IMG/VR virus record: IMGVR_UViG_2681813166_000002
Location: 1-36,955 of that record
Source of the DNA: a virus
Taxonomy: Duplodnaviria > Heunggongvirae > Uroviricota > Caudoviricetes
Reading direction: 5' to 3' (one strand)
Length of the DNA: 36,955 bases
The notes beneath the pieces are model-generated. The model saw only the letters and a program-made list of their open reading frames with translations. It was not told the origin of the DNA and made no database searches. Shown here piece by piece: positions 8,491-18,034 of the stretch. Within the stretch, counting starts at the first letter, position 1. Each line of letters starts with the position of its first letter. The translations under genes were made by a program, and so were the position numbers.

Positions 8491-8729
8491 GGCTATGATA
8501 ATTGTTACCCTCCTTTGGATCTAGTGTTCATTTGACATAAGAACCTATTGATTCATCATAATCAACTCGCCATAATCATGTCATCGGAGCCTGAACAACT
8601 CCGGTGACTTCTGCGCTAAACGGGGACGTTTATGCGCACATACAATCCAAACTCTCTTCTCCCTTCACAGATGCAGAGATGCACCTGCGATTTTTTGCAT
8701 CCAGCGTTTGACCTCTGCGGAGGTGAAGC

Positions 8730-9185
8730 GTGAACCTCCCACAAGACGGCATCAAATTGCATCGTGGTAACTTCACTGCTATCGGTCAGCAGATCCAGCC
8801 TTATCTGGAGGACGGCAAATGCTTTCGCATGGTGCTTAAACCGTGGCGCGAAAGACGCAGTCTTTCCCAGAATGCACTCAGCCACATGTGGTACAGCGAA
8901 ATCAGTGAGTACCTCATCAGCAGGGGGAAATCGTTCGCTACTGCAGCATGGGTAAAAGATGCTCTCAAACACACATACCTCGGTTATGAAACCAAGGACC
9001 TGGTTGATGTCGTAACCGGCGAAATCACTACGATCCAGTCGTTACGCCATACCTCCGATCTTGATACCGGAGAGATGTATGTCTTCCTGTGTAAGGTTGA
9101 AGCCTGGGCGATGAATATTGGCTGCCACCTGACTATTCCGCAGAGCTGCGAGTTCCAGCTGCTGCGCGACAAGCAGGAGGCGTAA
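8730..9185 (+). CDS. ninB: NinB/Orf-family recombination protein
   Basis: 151-aa ORF with [21 protein letters not shown] resembling the NinB RSLDQN region; position after ren; GTG start with GGAGG RBS. Confidence 0.75.
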   Translation: MNLPQDGIKLHRGNFTAIGQQIQPYLEDGKCFRMVLKPWRERRSLSQNALSHMWYSEISEYLISRGKSFATAAWVKDALKHTYLGYETKDLVDVVTGEITTIQSLRHTSDLDTGEMYVFLCKVEAWAMNIGCHLTIPQSCEFQLLRDKQEA

Positions 9186-9355
9186 TGGCTACACCGCTTA
9201 TTCGGGTCATGAACGGACACATCTACAGAGTACCAAATCGTCGTAAGCGTAAGCCTGAGCTGAAGCCATCCGAAATACCAACACTGCTAGGGTATACCGC
9301 CAGCCTGGTTGATAAAAAATGGTTGCGACTGGCAGCAAGGAGGAATCATGGCTGA
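9185..9355 (+). CDS. ninE: NinE-like small protein (56 aa)
   Basis: Translated by hand (below the track size cutoff): [56 protein letters not shown]; stop overlaps next start as ATGGCTGA. Confidence 0.5.
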   Translation: MATPLIRVMNGHIYRVPNRRKRKPELKPSEIPTLLGYTASLVDKKWLRLAARRNHG

Positions 9356-9638
9356 TTTGAGAAAAGCAGCGCGTGGTCGGGAATGCCAGGTAAGAATCCC
9401 TGGCATATGTAATGGCAACCCTGAAACGTCTGTACTGGCACATATCCGGCTGGCTGGATTGTGTGGCACCGGTACCAAACCGCCAGACCTGATTGCCACC
9501 ATTGCATGTTCTGCCTGTCACGATGAGATCGACCGTCGCACGCATTTTGTTGACGCTGGATATGCAAAAGAATGCGCGCTGGAAGGTATGGCGAGAACAC
9601 AGGTTATCTGGCTGAAAGAGGGGGTTATTAAGGCGTGA
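9348..9638 (+). CDS. ybcO: YbcO-like / DUF1364 cysteine-rich protein
   Basis: [42 protein letters not shown]...CSACHDEID; AAGGAGG RBS; DLP12-like order NinB-NinE-YbcO-RusA. Confidence 0.7.
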   Translation: MADLRKAARGRECQVRIPGICNGNPETSVLAHIRLAGLCGTGTKPPDLIATIACSACHDEIDRRTHFVDAGYAKECALEGMARTQVIWLKEGVIKA

Positions 9639-9997
9639 ATACCTACAGCATCACATTACCCTGGCCTCCGAGCAATAATCGCTATTACCGCCATAATCGC
9701 GGGCGCACGCACGTCAGCGCAGAGGGACAGGCATACCGCGATAACGTCGCTCAAATCATTAAAAACGCAATGCTGGATATCGGCCTGGCTATGCCAGTGA
9801 AAATCCGCATTGAGTGTCACATGCCGGATCGCCGTCGCCGTGACCTGGATAATCTACAAAAGGCCGCTTTTGACGCACTCACCAAAGCGGGTTTCTGGCT
9901 GGATGATGCTCAGGTCGTTGATTACCGCGTTGTGAAGATGCCCGTTACCAAAGGTGGAAAGCTGGAGCTGACCATCACTGAACTGGGAGATGAATGA
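9635..9997 (+). CDS. rusA: RusA Holliday junction resolvase
   Basis: 120-aa [40 protein letters not shown]... recognised as E. coli RusA. Confidence 0.93.
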   Translation: MNTYSITLPWPPSNNRYYRHNRGRTHVSAEGQAYRDNVAQIIKNAMLDIGLAMPVKIRIECHMPDRRRRDLDNLQKAAFDALTKAGFWLDDAQVVDYRVVKMPVTKGGKLELTITELGDE

Positions 9998-10134
9998 TGT
10001 TTGAGTCTTATATGGCAGAACGTCTTCGCCACCGCTGGATGCGCCTGCGCTTATATCGTTTCCCCGGTTCTGTTTTGACCGATTACCGAATACTGAGGAA
10101 TTACGCCAAAACACTGAAAGGAGCTGCCGCATGA
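9994..10134 (+). CDS. ylcG: YlcG-like small protein (46 aa)
   Basis: Translated by hand: [46 protein letters not shown]; ATGA overlaps with both neighbours. Confidence 0.6.
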   Translation: MMFESYMAERLRHRWMRLRLYRFPGSVLTDYRILRNYAKTLKGAAA

Positions 10135-10820
10135 ATACCCAATATTTACAGTATGTCCGCGAGCAACTCATGGTGGCTACCGCTGACTTGAGCGGAGCAA
10201 CGAAAGGCCAGCTTGAAGCCTGGCTGGAGCATGCACAATTTGATACTGGTACATACAAACGAAAGAAGCGACGCATTCTGGATGAGGTAACTGGCAAGAT
10301 TATTATGCTGGATAATCCGCCGATTTCCGGTAAACAGTCGTACGCAAAAGGTTCATCTGTCGCCCTGATCAGTCCGGTCGAGTTTTCAACCTCTTCATGG
10401 CGCCGCGCTGTTCTGTCTCTCGATGAGCATCAGAAAGCATGGTTGCTGTGGAGTTACAGTGAAAATATTCGCTGGGAGCATCAGGTTGCCATAACGCAGT
10501 GGGCATGGAGCGAGTTTAAGACTCTGTTGGGTACCAGAAAAATTGCAGGTAAGACACTGGAACGCCTGAAGAAGTTGATCTGGCTGGCGGCACAGGATGT
10601 GAAGAGCGAACTGGCAGGGCGTGAGGCTTATGAATACCAGGAACTGGCGTCACTGGTGGGAGTGACATCAAAAAACTGGTCTGAGACATTCACTGAACGC
10701 TGGGTTGCAATGAAGCACATTTTTCTACAGCTTGATAGCGAAGCTTTATTGCTTCTAACGAGAACACGTTCAAAACAAAAGGCGACATTTTCACAGCAAA
10801 ATATTGCAAAGCTGGATTAA
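10131..10820 (+). CDS. Putative late-gene antiterminator Q-like protein (229 aa)
   Basis: Position between rusA/ylcG and the late promoter/lysis genes; no motif verified. Confidence 0.5.
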   Translation: MNTQYLQYVREQLMVATADLSGATKGQLEAWLEHAQFDTGTYKRKKRRILDEVTGKIIMLDNPPISGKQSYAKGSSVALISPVEFSTSSWRRAVLSLDEHQKAWLLWSYSENIRWEHQVAITQWAWSEFKTLLGTRKIAGKTLERLKKLIWLAAQDVKSELAGREAYEYQELASLVGVTSKNWSETFTERWVAMKHIFLQLDSEALLLLTRTRSKQKATFSQQNIAKLD

Positions 10821-11000
10821 AAAGCATATATTTCATATAAATCTGATATTTTGCCAATGTTGTACGCACTGGCAGTAATCCAAATTCAAGCTCGAGGTTT
10901 AAAGCCTTGGGCTTTTCTGTTTCTGGGCGGTGAGTATCCTTCCAACGTACCCCAGCCAGGGTGTCTTCAGCTGTTGAGTTGATATTGCTTAACCCTCTGT

Positions 11001-11026
11001 TGCCAGCTACATGCTGGCTTTTTTAT
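11001..11026 (+). terminator. Intrinsic terminator (tR'-like) in the late leader
   Basis: GCCAGC-tacat-GCTGGC followed by TTTTTTATT. Confidence 0.6.
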
Positions 11027-11141
11027 TCCAGGCTTGCGGGGAGCATCAACTCCGTGCTTTGTCGTTAAATTACCCCGTGAGCCTGATTTCTGACATTTAA
11101 CGTCCCGGCCTTTTGTCGGCGGCGAAACATTGGCTATTCAT

Positions 11142-11447
11142 ATGCACGAAAAAGAGAGCCTTGCCGGAGCGTTCTGGCTCGTTTTGCTGATCATCGCAGG
11201 TTGGGGCGGTCTGGTCCGCTACCTGATAGATGTGAAGCAGAGTAAAGCAACGTGGAGTTGGATAAATGCTCTGGCTCAGATAGTGGTATCAGGATTCACC
11301 GGTGTTATTGGTGGCCTGATCAGCATCGAAAGTGGATTCAGTATTTACATGATTCTCGCGACAGCGGGGATTAGTGGTGCGATGGGTTCGGTTGCACTGA
11401 CGTACTTCTGGGAACGACTGACAGGGGTGAAAAATGCAAAATCTTAA
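11142..11447 (+). CDS. Holin (three predicted TM segments)
   Basis: Hydrophobic segments AFWLVLLIIAGWGGLV, INALAQIVVSGFTGVIGGLISI, IYMILATAGISGAMGSVALTYF; immediately upstream of the endolysin; possible dual start (TTG 11130 / ATG 11142). Confidence 0.7.
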   Translation: MHEKESLAGAFWLVLLIIAGWGGLVRYLIDVKQSKATWSWINALAQIVVSGFTGVIGGLISIESGFSIYMILATAGISGAMGSVALTYFWERLTGVKNAKS

Positions 11448-11910
11448 TCCTCAGCGTAAGGCTTTCCTCGATATGGTGGCATGGTCAGAAGGAACGGATA
11501 ACGGACGGCAGAAAACCAGAAATCATGGTTATGACGTCATTGTAGGCGGAGAGCTATTTACTGATTACTCCGATCACCCTCGCAAACTTGTCACGCTAAA
11601 CCCAAAACTCAAATCAACAGCAGCCGGGCGCTACCAGCTTCTTTCCCGTTGGTGGGATTCCTATCGTAAGCAGCTTGGCCTGAAAGACTTCTCTCCGAAA
11701 AGCCAAGACGCTGTGGCATTGCAGCAGATTAAAGAGCGTGGCGCTTTACCGATGATTGATCGCGGCGATATCCGGCAGGCAATCGACCGTTGCAGTAATA
11801 TCTGGGCTTCTTTGCCGGGTGCTGGTTACGGTCAGTATGAACATAAAATCGGTGACCTGATTTCCCGGTTTAAAGAGGCTGGTGGGGTGGTAAATAAAGT
11901 TGAGCTATAA
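11434..11910 (+). CDS. R: Endolysin, lambda R-type lytic transglycosylase
   Basis: QRKAFLDMVAWSEGTDNGRQKTRNHGYDVIVGGELFTDYSDHPRKLVTLNPKLKST... matches my recollection of lambda R. Confidence 0.93.
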   Translation: MQNLNPQRKAFLDMVAWSEGTDNGRQKTRNHGYDVIVGGELFTDYSDHPRKLVTLNPKLKSTAAGRYQLLSRWWDSYRKQLGLKDFSPKSQDAVALQQIKERGALPMIDRGDIRQAIDRCSNIWASLPGAGYGQYEHKIGDLISRFKEAGGVVNKVEL

Positions 11911-12286
11911 GCTGGTTATCGCTGCATTCTTCTTTACTGTCATCGGTTCTTTCATCTGGTCTGCCAACCACTACTACAGCAAATATCAGCACGAAAAGAA
12001 ACGTGCTGATGAGGCTGTACAAAATGTTGAATCTGCAACAGCCATTACCCGTAACGTCCTGCAATCACTGCAAATCGTCAATACAGTTATAGAGGTTAAC
12101 CAGCATGCAAAACAGCAGATCGCACTGGAGTCACAGAGAACCCAGGAAGATATCAAAGTGGCTGTTGCGGATGATGATTGTGCTTCACGTCCTGTGCCTG
12201 CCGCCGCTGCTGACCGGTTGCGGAAGTACGCGGATAGTTTACGTGCCAGTTCCGGCGGTACCACTACCGGCGAACCTAACCGCTGA
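11900..12286 (+). CDS. Rz: Rz-like i-spanin (N-terminal TM, coiled coil); apparent TTG start
   Basis: N-terminal LVIAAFFFTVIGSFIW helix followed by a charged helical region; follows the endolysin. Confidence 0.6.
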   Translation: MSYKLVIAAFFFTVIGSFIWSANHYYSKYQHEKKRADEAVQNVESATAITRNVLQSLQIVNTVIEVNQHAKQQIALESQRTQEDIKVAVADDDCASRPVPAAAADRLRKYADSLRASSGGTTTGEPNR

Positions 12287-12428
12287 AACCCCTCAACCGG
12301 TTATTCCTGATCCATTGACCTACGGTGGAAGCTTGGATTTGAATGTGAGTCTGTTGTCGGCTCTGGCTGCCTGTAATAGGGATAAAGCTGATATTCATAA
12401 AATTGAGGCAGAGAGGAGCTGGCCATAA
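12171..12428 (+). CDS. Rz1: Rz1-like o-spanin lipoprotein in the +1 frame of Rz, extending past the Rz stop
   Basis: Signal plus lipobox MMIVLHVLCLPPLLTGC, proline-rich mature part. Confidence 0.55.
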   Translation: MMIVLHVLCLPPLLTGCGSTRIVYVPVPAVPLPANLTAETPQPVIPDPLTYGGSLDLNVSLLSALAACNRDKADIHKIEAERSWP

Positions 12429-12719
12429 AGCTGTAAAGCGGAAAGACCGCGGCAAGTAGTGCCAATGCAGCAGTAATTACGCTGCCCCGAATACCCAAAG
12501 TTGCTGGTAGCCAGTTTCAGGTAAAAAGCTGATAGCGCGCTGGTGAGGGTTAACGGGAAGAAGCGCGCTGGTGCCCCAGGTTGATCGCCGGTCAGCTTTC
12601 GGTTAGTGGTGAGGGATTCACGAGATACCTCTGACACATGGTTTCAAGGGCATGAGCGCGGCCACTGCGAGAGTGTGGCAGGCATTACAGCAGGCATTCA
12701 CCGAGTACCTGCGATAATG

Positions 12720-13115
12720 TTACGCAATGAGGCTACCAGCTAATGTACATAAATGCGGCCAGAGTGGCGTAAGAACAGTGACATGATCTGATAGTGATGA
12801 CATTAATTTAATGTATGAGTTTGAGGCGCTCTCTTTAGATGGAGCCGTTTTAATTTCGTCAAGTTTGTTATTAATTTCATTTTTTAATTTTTCATCAATG
12901 TTCAAGTTTAATAATTGAATTTTAGTTTGTTCTAACACAGTTAGCGCGTCTAAGCTGATAACTTGAACTGAAGAAAACTTATTATTGTAAGCTTCATCGA
13001 AGCGAATGCCTACGTCATATCCTACCGATGTTATGTTAGAAAGGTGATTTCCAAAACCCTTTTCAATATAAATCCCTGTAGAGGGCAGAGAAGGTGCATT
13101 TTTGTCTTTACTCAT
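12720..13115 (-). CDS. Hypothetical 131-aa protein (moron between lysis and packaging genes)
   Basis: Minus-strand ORF whose 5' two-thirds lie in AT-rich DNA with its own AT-rich upstream region; helical, charged repeats (IDEKLKNEINNKLDEIK). Confidence 0.45.
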   Translation of the reverse strand: MSKDKNAPSLPSTGIYIEKGFGNHLSNITSVGYDVGIRFDEAYNNKFSSVQVISLDALTVLEQTKIQLLNLNIDEKLKNEINNKLDEIKTAPSKESASNSYIKLMSSLSDHVTVLTPLWPHLCTLAGSLIA

Positions 13116-13256
13116 TTGATGTCCACCAATTTTAAGTTGATTTCAAAGTAACATTTACAACCTTAGGTTTGTGATGGTCAATCATTATCTATCCAGAATG
13201 AGATCTCATACAGGTCATTTGTTTATTGCATATACACTACCGAAGAGAATCTTACA

Positions 13257-13607
13257 ATGCCACCACGAACACCAAAAGCCTGCCGCGTCCGCGGTTGCCG
13301 CCATACCACGACTGACCCGTCAGGCTATTGCGAAAGCCACAAAAGTGAAGGCTGGAAGCAATACAAGCCGGGCCAGTCCCGCCATCAGCGTGGTTATGGT
13401 TCGAAGTGGGACGGTATCCGGGTGCGTGTCCTGAAGCGTGACAAAGGCCTGTGTCTGTTATGTCTGCGTGCTGGTGTGGCGCGTGAAGCGAAAACCGTTG
13501 ACCACATCATCCCTAAAGCACATGGCGGCACTGATGCCGACAGTAATCTGCAGAGTCTGTGCTGGCCGTGTCATAAGGCGAAGACGGCCCGTGAACGGCT
13601 TAAGTGA
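13257..13607 (+). CDS. HNH endonuclease (terminase-associated)
   Basis: 116-aa ORF with paired cysteines (CRVRGC...C; CLLC...CWPCH) and DHIIPKAHGGTD...N motif; immediately upstream of terminase. Confidence 0.85.
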   Translation: MPPRTPKACRVRGCRHTTTDPSGYCESHKSEGWKQYKPGQSRHQRGYGSKWDGIRVRVLKRDKGLCLLCLRAGVAREAKTVDHIIPKAHGGTDADSNLQSLCWPCHKAKTARERLK

Positions 13608-13632
13608 TAATAACTCTCAACTGTCTGAGGGG

Positions 13633-13692
13633 AGGGGCGGGTCAAATCTCTGTGACCTGACGTCTTCCGGACTGCCCGCCCCATCGTTTTTT
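13633..13692. promoter_or_regulatory. GC-rich inverted repeat with T-tract between HNH and terS; candidate cos region or terminator
   Basis: GGGGCGGG (13633-13640) and CCCGCCCC (13674-13681), then TTTTTTT. Confidence 0.3.
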
Positions 13693-13732
13693 TATACCCG
13701 CGAAAAATGAAATTTAACCAGGAGTGCCGCAT

Positions 13733-14227
13733 ATGGCTGGAACGGCGGGGCGTTCCGGGCGTCGCCCCAAGCCAACGGCGCGCAAGACGCTGGCCGGAAA
13801 CCCCGGCAAGCGAGCCCTGAACAAAGATGAACCTGTTTTTACGCCCATCAAAGGTGTTGAGCCACCAGAGTGGTTCGCTGAAGAAGATCTCCCTCTCGCC
13901 ACGATCATGTGGCAACTGACAACCAAAGAACTCTGCGGTCAGGGCCTGCTGTGCGTGACTGACCTGGCGGTACTTGAGCGGTGGTGCGTGGCCTATGAGT
14001 TCTGGCGACGTGCCGTGAAAAATATTGCCATACAGGGCAACACCATCACCGGTGCAATGGGCGGCAGGGTCAAAAATCCGGAGCTGACCGCCAAAAAAGA
14101 ACAGGAGTCCGAGATGAGCAGCACGGGGGCAATGCTCGGACTCGACCCCAGCAGCCGCCAGCGTCTGATTGGCCTGGCGGGGCAGAAGAAAGCCACTAAC
14201 CCGTTTCTGAAAATTATCGAATCATGA
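13733..14227 (+). CDS. Terminase small subunit
   Basis: Basic N-terminus [30 protein letters not shown] typical of P27/HK97-type TerS; GGAG RBS; ATGA overlap with terL. Confidence 0.8.
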   Translation: MAGTAGRSGRRPKPTARKTLAGNPGKRALNKDEPVFTPIKGVEPPEWFAEEDLPLATIMWQLTTKELCGQGLLCVTDLAVLERWCVAYEFWRRAVKNIAIQGNTITGAMGGRVKNPELTAKKEQESEMSSTGAMLGLDPSSRQRLIGLAGQKKATNPFLKIIES

Positions 14228-15957
14228 GCCGGAAATCTTACCCCAACGTAAATGCTGCAAATCAGTATGCCCGGGATGTCGTGCGCGGAAAGATTGTTGC
14301 CTGCCAGTTTGTGATTCAGGCCTGCCAGCGCCATCTTGATGACCTGATGGCGGAAAAAAATAAGTCGTTTCGTTACCGCTTCGACAAGGACCTGGCTGAA
14401 CGGGCCGCCAAATTTATTCAGCTGTTGCCGCACACCAAGGGTGAGTGGGCATTTAAGAGGATGCCCATCACGCTGGAGCCGTGGCAGCTCTTTGTGATCT
14501 GCTGCGCGTTTGGCTGGGTCAATAAAGGTACCCGGCTGCGCCGCTTCCGTGAGGTGTATACCGAAATCCCACGTAAGAACGGCAAATCGGCAATCTCTGC
14601 CGGTGTCGCCCTGTATTGTTTTGCCTGTGATAACGAGTTCGGCGCGGAAGTGTATTCCGGTGCCACGACGGAGAAACAGGCATGGGAAGTCTTTCGTCCG
14701 GCAAGACTGATGTGTAAACGCACACCCATGCTGATGGAAGCGTTCGGGATTGAGGTTAACGCCTCAAACATGAACCGTCCGGAGGATGGTGCGCGTTTTG
14801 AACCGCTGATCGGTAACCCCGGTGATGGTTCATCACCCCACTGTGCGGTGGTGGATGAATATCACGAGCACGCCACAGATGCGCTTTACACCACGATGCT
14901 TACCGGGATGGGGGCGCGACGTCAGCCACTGATGTGGGCTATCACTACCGCCGGGTACAACATTGAGGGGCCGTGCTACGACAAACGGCGGGAAGTCATC
15001 GAGATGCTCAACGGCTCGGTGCCTAACGATGAACTGTTCGGGATCATCTATACCGTTGATGAAGGTGACGACTGGACCGACCCGCAGGTGCTGGAAAAAG
15101 CCAATCCAAATATTGGCGTGTCGGTTTATCGCGAATTTTTGTTAAGTCAGCAGCAGCGTGCGAAAAATAACGCCCGTCTGGCAAACGTCTTTAAAACAAA
15201 ACACCTCAATATCTGGGTGTCGGCGCGTTCGGCGTATTTCAACCTGGTGAGCTGGCAGAGCTGCGAGGATAAATCACTGACCCTTGAGCAGTTCGAGGGG
15301 CAGCCGTGCATTCTGGCCTTTGACCTGGCGCGTAAACTGGATATGAACAGCATGGCGCGACTTTATACCCGCGAGATTGACGGTAAAACGCATTACTACA
15401 GTGTGGCCCCGCGTTTCTGGGTACCGTATGACACGGTGTACAGCGTCGAGAAAAATGAAGATCGACGGACAGCCGAACGCTTTCAGAAATGGGTGGAAAT
15501 GGGCGTTCTGACCGTTACCGATGGTGCGGAGGTGGATTATCGCTACATCCTCGAGGAGGCCAAAGCGGCGAACAAAATCAGTCCGGTCAGTGAGTCACCC
15601 ATCGACCCCTTCGGGGCGACCGGGTTGTCACATGACCTTGCTGATGAAGACCTGAACCCCATCACTATCATTCAGAACTACACCAACATGTCCGACCCGA
15701 TGAAAGAGCTGGAAGCGGCAATTGAATCGGGGCGCTTTCATCATGATGGCAATCCCATCATGACCTGGTGTATCGGCAACGTGGTCGGCAAAACCATTCC
15801 GGGTAACGATGATGTGGTGAAGCCCGTCAAAGAGCAGGCGGAAAACAAAATTGACGGTGCAGTTGCGCTGATTATGGCGGTTGGCAGAGCCATGCTGTAC
15901 GAGAAAGAAGACACGCTGTCTGACCACATTGAGTCCTATGGGATCCGCTCGCTTTAA
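14224..15957 (+). CDS. Terminase large subunit
   Basis: 577-aa ORF with ATPase-like region ([11 protein letters not shown]) and C-terminal nuclease-type region; standard position. Confidence 0.9.
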   Translation: MSRKSYPNVNAANQYARDVVRGKIVACQFVIQACQRHLDDLMAEKNKSFRYRFDKDLAERAAKFIQLLPHTKGEWAFKRMPITLEPWQLFVICCAFGWVNKGTRLRRFREVYTEIPRKNGKSAISAGVALYCFACDNEFGAEVYSGATTEKQAWEVFRPARLMCKRTPMLMEAFGIEVNASNMNRPEDGARFEPLIGNPGDGSSPHCAVVDEYHEHATDALYTTMLTGMGARRQPLMWAITTAGYNIEGPCYDKRREVIEMLNGSVPNDELFGIIYTVDEGDDWTDPQVLEKANPNIGVSVYREFLLSQQQRAKNNARLANVFKTKHLNIWVSARSAYFNLVSWQSCEDKSLTLEQFEGQPCILAFDLARKLDMNSMARLYTREIDGKTHYYSVAPRFWVPYDTVYSVEKNEDRRTAERFQKWVEMGVLTVTDGAEVDYRYILEEAKAANKISPVSESPIDPFGATGLSHDLADEDLNPITIIQNYTNMSDPMKELEAAIESGRFHHDGNPIMTWCIGNVVGKTIPGNDDVVKPVKEQAENKIDGAVALIMAVGRAMLYEKEDTLSDHIESYGIRSL

Positions 15958-15968
15958 CTGAGGTAATT

Positions 15969-16151
15969 ATGATCATGCTGATTCTCGCGCCTCTGGTGGG
16001 CGTGCTGGGGGCGCTTTTGCTGGCGTATGGTGCCTGGCTGATTTATCCCCCGGCGGGGTTTGTTGTTGCCGGGGCGTTGTGCCTGTTCTGGTCGTGGCTG
16101 GTGGCGCGATATCTCGACCGTACACAGCTGTCTGTTGGTGGAGGTAAATAG
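15969..16151 (+). CDS. Hypothetical small membrane protein (60 aa)
   Basis: Two hydrophobic helices; between terL and portal. Confidence 0.4.
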   Translation: MIMLILAPLVGVLGALLLAYGAWLIYPPAGFVVAGALCLFWSWLVARYLDRTQLSVGGGK

Positions 16152-17392
16152 TGTTCTTTTCGGGATTATTTCAACGAAAAAGTGACGCACCGGTGACCAC
16201 GTCAGCAGAGCTGGCGGATGCCATCGGGTTGTCCTACGACACCTATACCGGAAAGCAGATCAGCAGTCAGCGGGCCATGCGACTGACGGCGGTTTTTTCC
16301 TGCGTCAGAGTGCTGGCAGAGTCGGTCGGGATGTTGCCCTGCAATCTGTATCACCTGAACGGCAGCCTGAAGCAGAGAGCCACCGGCGAACGTCTGCATA
16401 AACTGATCTCCACGCATCCCAATAGCTATATGACGCCGCAGGAGTTCTGGGAGCTGGTGGTCACCTGTCTGTGCCTGCGGGGAAATTTTTACGCCTACAA
16501 AGTGAAAGCATTTGGCGAAGTGGCTGAACTGCTGCCCGTCGATCCCGGTTGTGTGGTACCGAAGCTTAACAGTAGCTGGGAACCGGTTTACCAGGTCACA
16601 TTTCCGGACGGCTCCACGGATGTACTGAGCCAGGAAGATATCTGGCATGTGCGCACGCTGACGCTGGACGGTCTGGTGGGACTGAATCCCATCGCCTATG
16701 CCCGCGAGGCAATATCGCTGGCGGCAGCGACCGAAGAGCACGGGGCCAGACTGTTCAGCAATGGCGCGGTGACGTCGGGTGTGTTGCGTACAGAGCAGAC
16801 GCTGTCGGATCAGGCTTATGAGCGCCTGAAGAAAGATTTTGAGGAGCGTCACACCGGGCTTGGCAATGCTCACCGCCCGATGATCCTTGAGATGGGGCTG
16901 GACTGGAAGTCGATGGCGTTGAACGCAGAGGACAGCCAGTTCCTGGAAACCCGCAAGTTTCAGCTTGAAGAAATCTGTCGTCTGTTCCGGGTGCCATTGC
17001 ACATGGTGCAGAACACCGATCGCGCCACCTTCAACAATATCGAAGAACTGGGGCTCGGATTTATCAACTATTCACTGGTGCCGTATCTGACCCGCATCGA
17101 ACAGCGGATCAACACCGGACTGGTACGAAAAAGTAAGCAGGGCGTTTATTACGCCAAATTTAACGCCGGGGCGTTACTGCGCGGGGATATGAAGTCCCGT
17201 TTTGAAGCCTACGCCACCGGGATTAACTGGGGAATTTACTCTCCCAATGACTGCCGCGACCTGGAAGATATGAATCCGCGTCCCGGTGGGAATGTCTATC
17301 TCACACCGATGAACATGACCACGAAACCCTCCGATGGCAGTAAAGCCGGTAAGCAGAAGGATAACGCCAATGCAGACGAAACAACGTCTTGA
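16151..17392 (+). CDS. Portal protein (HK97 family)
   Basis: 413-aa ORF after terL; GTG start with GGAGG RBS; size and position typical. Confidence 0.88.
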   Translation: MFFSGLFQRKSDAPVTTSAELADAIGLSYDTYTGKQISSQRAMRLTAVFSCVRVLAESVGMLPCNLYHLNGSLKQRATGERLHKLISTHPNSYMTPQEFWELVVTCLCLRGNFYAYKVKAFGEVAELLPVDPGCVVPKLNSSWEPVYQVTFPDGSTDVLSQEDIWHVRTLTLDGLVGLNPIAYAREAISLAAATEEHGARLFSNGAVTSGVLRTEQTLSDQAYERLKKDFEERHTGLGNAHRPMILEMGLDWKSMALNAEDSQFLETRKFQLEEICRLFRVPLHMVQNTDRATFNNIEELGLGFINYSLVPYLTRIEQRINTGLVRKSKQGVYYAKFNAGALLRGDMKSRFEAYATGINWGIYSPNDCRDLEDMNPRPGGNVYLTPMNMTTKPSDGSKAGKQKDNANADETTS

Positions 17393-18020
17393 TGTACCGC
17401 TGAGTCTGAAATCTGTCAGTGACTCCGGTGAGTTTGAAGGGTATGGCTCCGTCTTTGGTGTAAAGGACAGCCACGATGATGTGGTGATGTCCGGGGCATT
17501 TGCTGCTTCCCTGCGGGCGTGGAGTGACAGAAAAGCGTTACCTGCGCTGCTCTGGCAGCACCGCATGGATGAACCCATCGGTGTTTACACCGAAATGAAG
17601 GAAGACGATGTCGGGCTTTACGTCAGGGGACGGTTGCTTATTGATGATGATCCCCTCGCAAAACGCGCACATGCACACATGAAGGCCGGTTCGTTAACCG
17701 GCCTTTCTATTGGGTACGTCCTGAAAGACTGGGAATACGACCGGAGCAAAGAAGCCTTTCTGCTGAAAGAAATCGACCTCTGGGAAGTCAGCCTGGTGAC
17801 GTTCCCGTCTAACGACGAGGCGCGGATCAGCGACGTCAAGAACGCACTGGCCCGCGGGGAAATCCCCGAACAGAAAAAAATCGAAAGAGTCCTGCGTGAT
17901 GTCGGACTCTCCCGTACCCAGGCCAAAGCATTCATGGCCGGGGGCTATGGCGCACTGTCCCTGCGCGACGCTGAGGATGTGGGCTCTGCACTGAATGCAC
18001 TGAAAAATCTGAACTTCTAA
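17370..18020 (+). CDS. Prohead protease (HK97 family)
   Basis: ORF after portal; start set at ATG 17370 with AAGGA RBS (track ORF begins at 17334, overlapping the portal). Confidence 0.85.
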   Translation: MQTKQRLDVPLSLKSVSDSGEFEGYGSVFGVKDSHDDVVMSGAFAASLRAWSDRKALPALLWQHRMDEPIGVYTEMKEDDVGLYVRGRLLIDDDPLAKRAHAHMKAGSLTGLSIGYVLKDWEYDRSKEAFLLKEIDLWEVSLVTFPSNDEARISDVKNALARGEIPEQKKIERVLRDVGLSRTQAKAFMAGGYGALSLRDAEDVGSALNALKNLNF

Positions 18021-18034
18021 TCAGGAGAAATACG

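Noticed and set aside
8616-8972. 118-aa minus-strand ORF overlapping the ninB start
   Set aside because: Overlaps a better-supported plus-strand NinB-like gene and has no translation signals.
12430-12720. Minus-strand ORFs of 65 and 80 aa downstream of Rz1
   Set aside because: Short, overlapping, without RBS, in a region without compositional signal; likely non-coding.
16202-17002. 266-aa minus-strand ORF inside the portal gene
   Set aside because: Fully embedded antisense in a well-supported portal gene; Gln/Arg/Pro-rich translation typical of antisense reading of GC-rich coding DNA.
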